Source: Octopus sinensis | Taxonomy: Eukaryota | DNA: 64,000 nucleotides | Direction of reading: 5' to 3' | Assembly: GCF_006345805.1 (NCBI RefSeq) | Contig: NC_043007.1 | Span: 40,672,001-40,736,000, forward strand | Part shown: positions 58,377 through 64,000 of the stretch, in pieces | Position numbering within the stretch: position 1 is the stretch's first letter | How the letters are laid out: each line of letters opens with the position of its first letter | Notes under the pieces: generated by a model | Database searches by the model: none | What the model was told of the DNA's origin: nothing | What the model saw: only the letters and a program-made list of their open reading frames with translations | Program-made: the position numbers and the translations under genes

Positions 58377-59140
58377 CTACAATCACAAGATATTTACTAT
58401 TAGGAACAATGCTTAGTTAGCATATATAATTCAATAATCATGTCGTATATTTGGGAAGGTTAGAAAAGATAGAACAATGAGTTAAACTCTTTAGAAAAAA
58501 TGTCTAGTTTGTGTTCAAATGATTAAACTGCTTCTTTTCTCTCGGTTGAGCTTCTTAAAGACTCCAAGCACCAATCAAAATTTAGGTAAGGAAGTTAACT
58601 AGTTGAGACGTAACTCATTTCTATATTGGTAAAATTGTTTTGTCTTGTTTTTCAGTTTTAAATTTCAAATAGAAAAAACTCAATTATTTTCATGATATAA
58701 AATAAGGTTGGGTGTGTAAAAGACTTTATGAATTTGGGATATATTAATAAACGACCAGTTAATAATTCACCGGCACTCCGTCGGTTACGACGACGAGGGT
58801 TCCAGTTGGTCTGCTCAACGGAACAGCCTGCTCGTGAAATTAATGTGCAAGCAGCTGTGCACTCCACAGACACGGGTACCCTTTATGTATTTCTACGGGA
58901 GATTCAACATGGCAAATAATGTGAAAAGGTTGGCTCTTTAATAATTAAAATTAAAGTAAAATTTATACGGGAATTGAAATTACAGAATCATATTGATCGA
59001 TACATTACACCAACTTTAGCTTCGTGTAAATTTGAATTCTATATCTAATTTCACATTTAAGTTCTCATATCCTCCAGATACACAAACAGAGGTAGATCTC
59101 GCCATTTGAAAAGATACATTTATTACCAGTGGCTTCGTAC

Positions 59141-59261
59141 CGTAATTGTGTAGGGAAAAGTTCTGATGTATAGATGTAATCACCACCACTACCAGCATTC
59201 AGTCCAGAAACGGCCAAAAAATACAAAACAGGAATGATGCATTCCGTCATTTCACTATTCC
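59141..59261 (-). CDS. SLC22 paralog C exon 8
   Basis: NSEMTECIIPVLYFLAVSGLNAGSGGDYIYTSELFPTQL(R); 121 nt as in paralog B; donor GTACGA at the homologous position. Confidence 0.88.
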
Positions 59262-59801
59262 CTGAAAAGCATAAGATGCACTAGAAATAAAGCATTCAAA
59301 ACAATAATTAATTTAATCAAAACGAAACATAGACCACCAACAACAAAAGTAATAATACATCAGTAAAATAAATAATGAGGCATAACACAATTACTTCACC
59401 TTGTCCTATGTTCGATATTCTGCATGTGGCTAATAAATTAAATTCATTTAAAGTAATACAGAAACGTTCATGCTTCTCCACAACATTCTAATAATAAAAA
59501 TTTATTTCCTGTAAATGATCAGTTATCTAAGAGTCTCCTCGGTTTAGTAGATACAGATGTGTTTTCGATAGAAAATGCACAAAATTGATGAGAATTCAAC
59601 GAAGTAGTAAATGGTAGTTGATTTGCAACACTTAACTGTCGGCTTTGTAAGGTGAATTCTACAATTTCAGTTGTGATTCTCTCTATACGCGCTTTTGTTA
59701 CATACATACAAACACACAGATACACATACATGCATACATACATACATACATACAAACATACCTACTTACGTACATATATATATAAATACACACACACACA
59801 C

Positions 59802-59840
<39 letters not shown>

Positions 59841-59841
<1 letters not shown>

Positions 59842-60230
59842 GAGCAAAACGCCCCCCATCCAATGGACGGTGTTGAGTTGTCAAACATTTAAACCAAATT
59901 TTCTCAAACCAACTTGTCCGACCGTCCCATAGGCCTCCCCTTTGAGAAACATTGTTTTAACCTAAATTTGAGACACCAGCAAAAGAAGAAATAAAGATAT
60001 ACTTTTTTCTATTCCAAAGAATGCCTTATCGATCGCATTCTCACCTAGAATCGATTTTTGTAATTTTTGCCAAACTTATACCTGCCCTGATACCGTCGCC
60101 ATCTACATATCAAATTTGAGCGCAATCGGATGGAGGATGCCCGAGATCATAGAAGACACACACACAGACAGACAGAACGGATTTTATATAATAGACTAGC
60201 TAAAGGTGACCCGTTCTACGCGCGGGTAAG
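59841..60230 (-). mobile_element. Non-autonomous Helitron-like repeat, copy 2, joined head-to-tail to another Helitron 3' end
   Basis: Minus: hairpin acccgcgcgtagaacgggt..CTAG|TCTATTATATAAAATCC. Confidence 0.65.
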
Positions 60231-60259
60231 AGTGTGGTTGTTACTTTCTGTTGCTTTTT

Positions 60260-60572
60260 TTCAGCACGTAAAAAGCACGATCCGAACGTGGCCGATTGCA
60301 GCGCCGCCTTGACTGGCTTCTGTGCCGGTGGCACGTAAAAAGCACCAACCGATCGTGGCCGCTGCCAGCCCCCCTGGTACCTGTACCGGCGGCACGAAAA
60401 GAGCACCCACTACACTCACAGAGTGGTTTGCATTAGGAAGGTCATCCACCTGTAGAAACACTGCCAGATCAGACTGGAGCCTAGTGCAGCCTCCTGGCTT
60501 CCCAGACCCCGGTCAAACTGTCCAACCCGTGATAGCACGAAAAACGGACGTTAAACGAGGATGATGATGATG
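60260..60572 (+). mobile_element. SINE-like repeat with internal gcacgtaaaaagcac repeats and (ATG)n tail
   Basis: Three gcacgtaaaaagcac-like units; ends ggacgttaaacgaggatgatgatg. Confidence 0.55.
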
Positions 60573-60878
60573 ATTCTCCCTCTTTGTTTCTCTCTCCTTT
60601 CTCTCTCACTCTCCCACTCTGTTACTCTTCCTTTCTCTCGGACTCTCCCTTGCTTTATCTCTCTCTCTCCCATTTATAAACAACAAAAGATCTTGAGTAA
60701 GTTGAGAAATAAAATATTTAGAAAGATCAATCATAAATATCAGGCAGTAACAACGGAAAGGTCTGCTTCAAAGCAGACAGCAAAACACTAACATTTAAAA
60801 GGGACAGACGAACTTGCGAGCTGAAAAAAAGTAATAAAATATTGGAAAGCAAAGTTTGAAGGGATAGAATGTGAGGAT

Positions 60879-61126
60879 AGTAGAATCACCATGGCTGGCA
60901 TTTCTTAACGATGGACAGCAACGTATTGACAGTTTAACGGCTGGCGTAAAATTTTGAACTTGATGTAAAAGAAAATTCCTAAACAAGTTTTGAAGTGATT
61001 CTTTCTCACGACAGTAGACTCACCATGGCAAGCATTCAAAACTTCTTCATCATGGACGGCAACACATTGACGATTAAAAGGCTGGCGCAAATTTTTTAGC
61101 TTAATGTAACAGAGAATCCCTAAACA
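60879..61126 (+). repeat. Diverged 134-bp tandem duplication
   Basis: agtaga(a/c)tcaccatggc..atggac(a/g)gcaac..ggctggcg..ctaaaca at 60879 and 61013. Confidence 0.7.
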
Positions 61127-61440
61127 CCCGCTCCTTTAAATTTTAATCCCCTTCCAGCCCCATTTAGACCCCTTTTCACATTTTGGTTAATATAACCCAA
61201 TTTTATTCGGGTCTACTGGGGCCACATTTTATAAGATGAGGAATTTTGTCCTAGAGGTCACGCGTTTCATTTGAGAAAATAATTAGTTGTCATGCAAACT
61301 TGCTAGCACTTTTAACATAGGTGTGCATATTTTCAGCTCAACCGACCACATAATGCACACCTTATATATATATAAAAAATTCTTTCGTGCAAATCTGACC
61401 CTGATACATACGATACAGCTAAGGGTCAGACCCGATTCTG

Positions 61441-61887
61441 ATTGGTCAACAAGTTGATGACGTCTAGCTCAGCTAGAATGGACAGGATACAAACAGGGGA
61501 CAGTCATTAGTCAGAATATTGATGACGTCCTTTTCTGCTTGACTAGTCACCTAACAAGTACAGACAGGGGGCAGATCTAATGTAGCTATAAGTCGTGATT
61601 GGGCAGAATCTGGATGACGTCCCGTTCTGCTTGACTAACGAAGCGACTGGTCAAAACAGGAAACAAACAAGAGGCAGTTATAATGCAGCGATTGGTCAAA
61701 ATAATGATGACGTCCCGTTCTGCTTGACTAAAGCCACCTAACGAAACGATTGGTCAAAACGTTGATGACGTCACGCTACGCTGGATTGACCACCTAACAG
61801 GCATTATAAAACCGAGCACTTCACAAAACTCACTAGAACCACCCAGCGAACATCCACCATGGGTCATCACAATTGCTTAAGGTAAAA
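61441..61887 (+). promoter_or_regulatory. Pol II promoter-like cassette: 5x (ATTGG-N12-TGACGTC), TATA, Inr, Kozak ATG, splice donor
   Basis: Modules at 61441, 61506 (ATTAG), 61598, 61691 and 61749; TATAAAA 61805-61811; TCACT at 61830-61834; CCACCATGG with ATG at 61859; AAG|GTAAAA at 61881/61882. Confidence 0.7.
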
Positions 61888-62276
61888 ATGAATTCCTCGC
61901 TCTTTCGGAAACATCAATCTTCTGTATTGACCGCTTTCCACCACTTTGATCTGTTTTTTGTATTGAATACATATCGCCACCGTGGGCCACTGCATCGAAC
62001 ACTTTGAACATATAGCATGAATGAACTTACTTCAAACTATATATCAACTATACATGAACTCTAAGATGTCTGACTCCGTTGTGTATTATAAATGAATTTC
62101 TTGTGTTTGACGGCATGAGCTGTCTTTTTTTATATATAACTTTTTTTGATAAGGTTCATTTCAGGAACTGAAACATGTTATAATGTATATATAAAAATTA
62201 AAAATTGTATAATACAGCCGCATTTTCGAACTTCATTTTTTACAAATATATATATATATATATATATAAATATATA

Positions 62277-62310
<34 letters not shown>

Positions 62311-63570
62311 CATGTGTGTGTGCGTTGGAGTCCCTCTCATACGTGAGCGTTGACGCTGAATTCGACTGGTAAGCAGGTAACCTTGTGTTTGTTGAAATAG
62401 TTGTGAGCTGCTGGAGTTATTTCTCTGACGGGTAATAGGAATTTCCATATCCTCCGAGGAAACGAACTGTTGACCCAGACAATTAGAATTAATTTTAATA
62501 AAAGCATCAATTTAAGAAAAAATAATAAAGTAGTAAGAAATGAAAATTTAGCACGAAAAATTTGCAGGGTTCTTATTAAATATTAAAATGTAATAGATAC
62601 AAAAAACCTACGTTATCACCAGAACACGAACGTTTGTTGGTGTGTTCTGTTTGTATTTGCCCCATCGGCGCCTTGACAGGCAGACAATAGAATGCGATGT
62701 CGAGATTAATAATATTTGTTCTCAAGATTGTGTGGTGGTGGTGGCGATGATAATTCTCTCTATGAATGCAGACACTGAGAGATAGAAGGCCGTTTGAGGA
62801 AGTGAAAGTAATGGGAATGTAGGAAATAGAGTGAGTGAAAAAGTGCGAGGAAGACAGATACATTAAAGAACGAGAGTGGACTTGTCAAAGTGGGTTTTTG
62901 GCCCTAGCAACGACACCTTTTGAGATGGGTATTTCTAAGGTAGCCCACGGGCATCGTCACCTCATTTTACATGTCCCTGTAAATTTTGGAGTGAATCGGA
63001 CGGGATGTAGTGGCCTTCAAAGCGATCCAAGTGGTAAAAACACATTTCAGTTTTATATATAGAGATATGGATACAGACATACATATATATATATACACAT
63101 ATATATAAAGCAATAAAACGAAAAAGAGAGGGAAAACGGAAACGAGAGAGAGGGGGAGAGATGTATAATTTCTCTATATCGTATGGTTACTGGCAGATAG
63201 CATGCAGTAACATTCATTGACCTACCAATCATTCTTTTGTCATTTAGTTCGACTTAATTACAGACAGTCCCTGTAATTAATCGTAGCATATTGAATAGGC
63301 CTTGTATTATTTTTGTAATGATACCTTCTTCTGAATTCAAGGATGGAAAACTACGACAGTAGAATATCTACAACTTGTGAAAAGTTCGATATTACTGCGA
63401 TGACCAAGTAGATATTAATGCTGATATTCATTAAAACTCCATTAAAACTCATTACAAAAAATAATAAATAAAACTACAACGACAATACCACAAGGGATTA
63501 GACAACAATCAGGGAAATATAGAATAAAATGAATAAAAAAAACATATAGAATGCACATTCTAAGTATTAC

Positions 63571-63656
63571 CTGCAAATATCTTTATCATGGATGCAGAGA
63601 AAAGTGACACTGTAACAAGTGTCTTCCAGGCTTGTAGGGACATTTTGTGACCGAAC
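63571..63656 (-). CDS. SLC22 paralog C exon 7 (gene starts off the right edge)
   Basis: (R)FGHKMSLQAWKTLVTVSLFSASMIKIFA; 86 nt with the same phases as paralog B exon 7; donor GTAATA. Confidence 0.88.
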
Positions 63657-64000
63657 CTAAGAAAGAAAACCGTTTCGGCATACATATATACATACATACG
63701 TATATACGTATGTATTCATACACACACATATATGTATAGATACATACACGTATGTATATTCATGGAGCATATATGAGTGTGTGGGTGTGTGTGCGTTTAC
63801 ACGTATGTCCGTATATATGTATGCACGTATGACATTTAATAACTTTATTTACGTCAGTGTTACTTCGAATTACTTGCTACCGACTTTCACGTAATGATTA
63901 AATTATATATTATTAGCAGAAAGACCGCTCTTCGGGTGGTTCTCTTCTAGCCACTTTATAATATTTTCACATATGATTCTCGATGCAAATAATTTTTATG

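Noticed and set aside
59065-59140. Read-through of paralog C exon 8 (YEATGNK...)
   Set aside because: The paralog B donor sits at the homologous position, and the phase matches exon 9 only if splicing occurs at 59141.
61441-61800. Repeat-spacer appearance suggesting a CRISPR array
   Set aside because: Eukaryotic context, degenerate repeats, spacers that are related to each other, and no cas genes; better explained as TF-motif modules.

Overview
AT-rich, microsatellite-dense animal genomic DNA. The SINE and repeat repertoire points to an octopus or other coleoid cephalopod (inference). The genic content is a minus-strand tandem array of three SLC22 (organic ion transporter, MFS) paralogs. Paralog B is complete: 10 coding exons (42288 to 9363) that I spliced by hand into one 1701-nt ORF (566 aa + stop), with GT-AG junctions and consistent phases. 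Paralog A contributes exon 1 (1249-1387). Paralog C contributes exons 7-9 (63656 to 58304), and its terminal exon cannot be found. Introns and spacers hold a near full-length Neptune-type Penelope retroelement with a tandem pseudo-LTR, stacked R4/Dong-like LINE fragments at (AAT)n, an RTE fragment, a Tx1/L1-like ORF1-only element, Tc1/mariner remnants, Helitrons, several SINE families and several foldback elements. The most notable unexplained items are: (i) a 5x (CCAAT-box + 12 bp + CRE) array followed by TATA, Inr, Kozak ATG and a splice donor, antisense inside paralog C intron 7; (ii) a tRNA-headed SINE-like element whose tail is a Penelope-type hammerhead ribozyme with an inverted 5' copy; (iii) a 1.1-kb inverted-repeat element carrying an intact-looking hammerhead; and about 11 hammerhead-like motifs overall. 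All calls were made by eye; no database searches were run.
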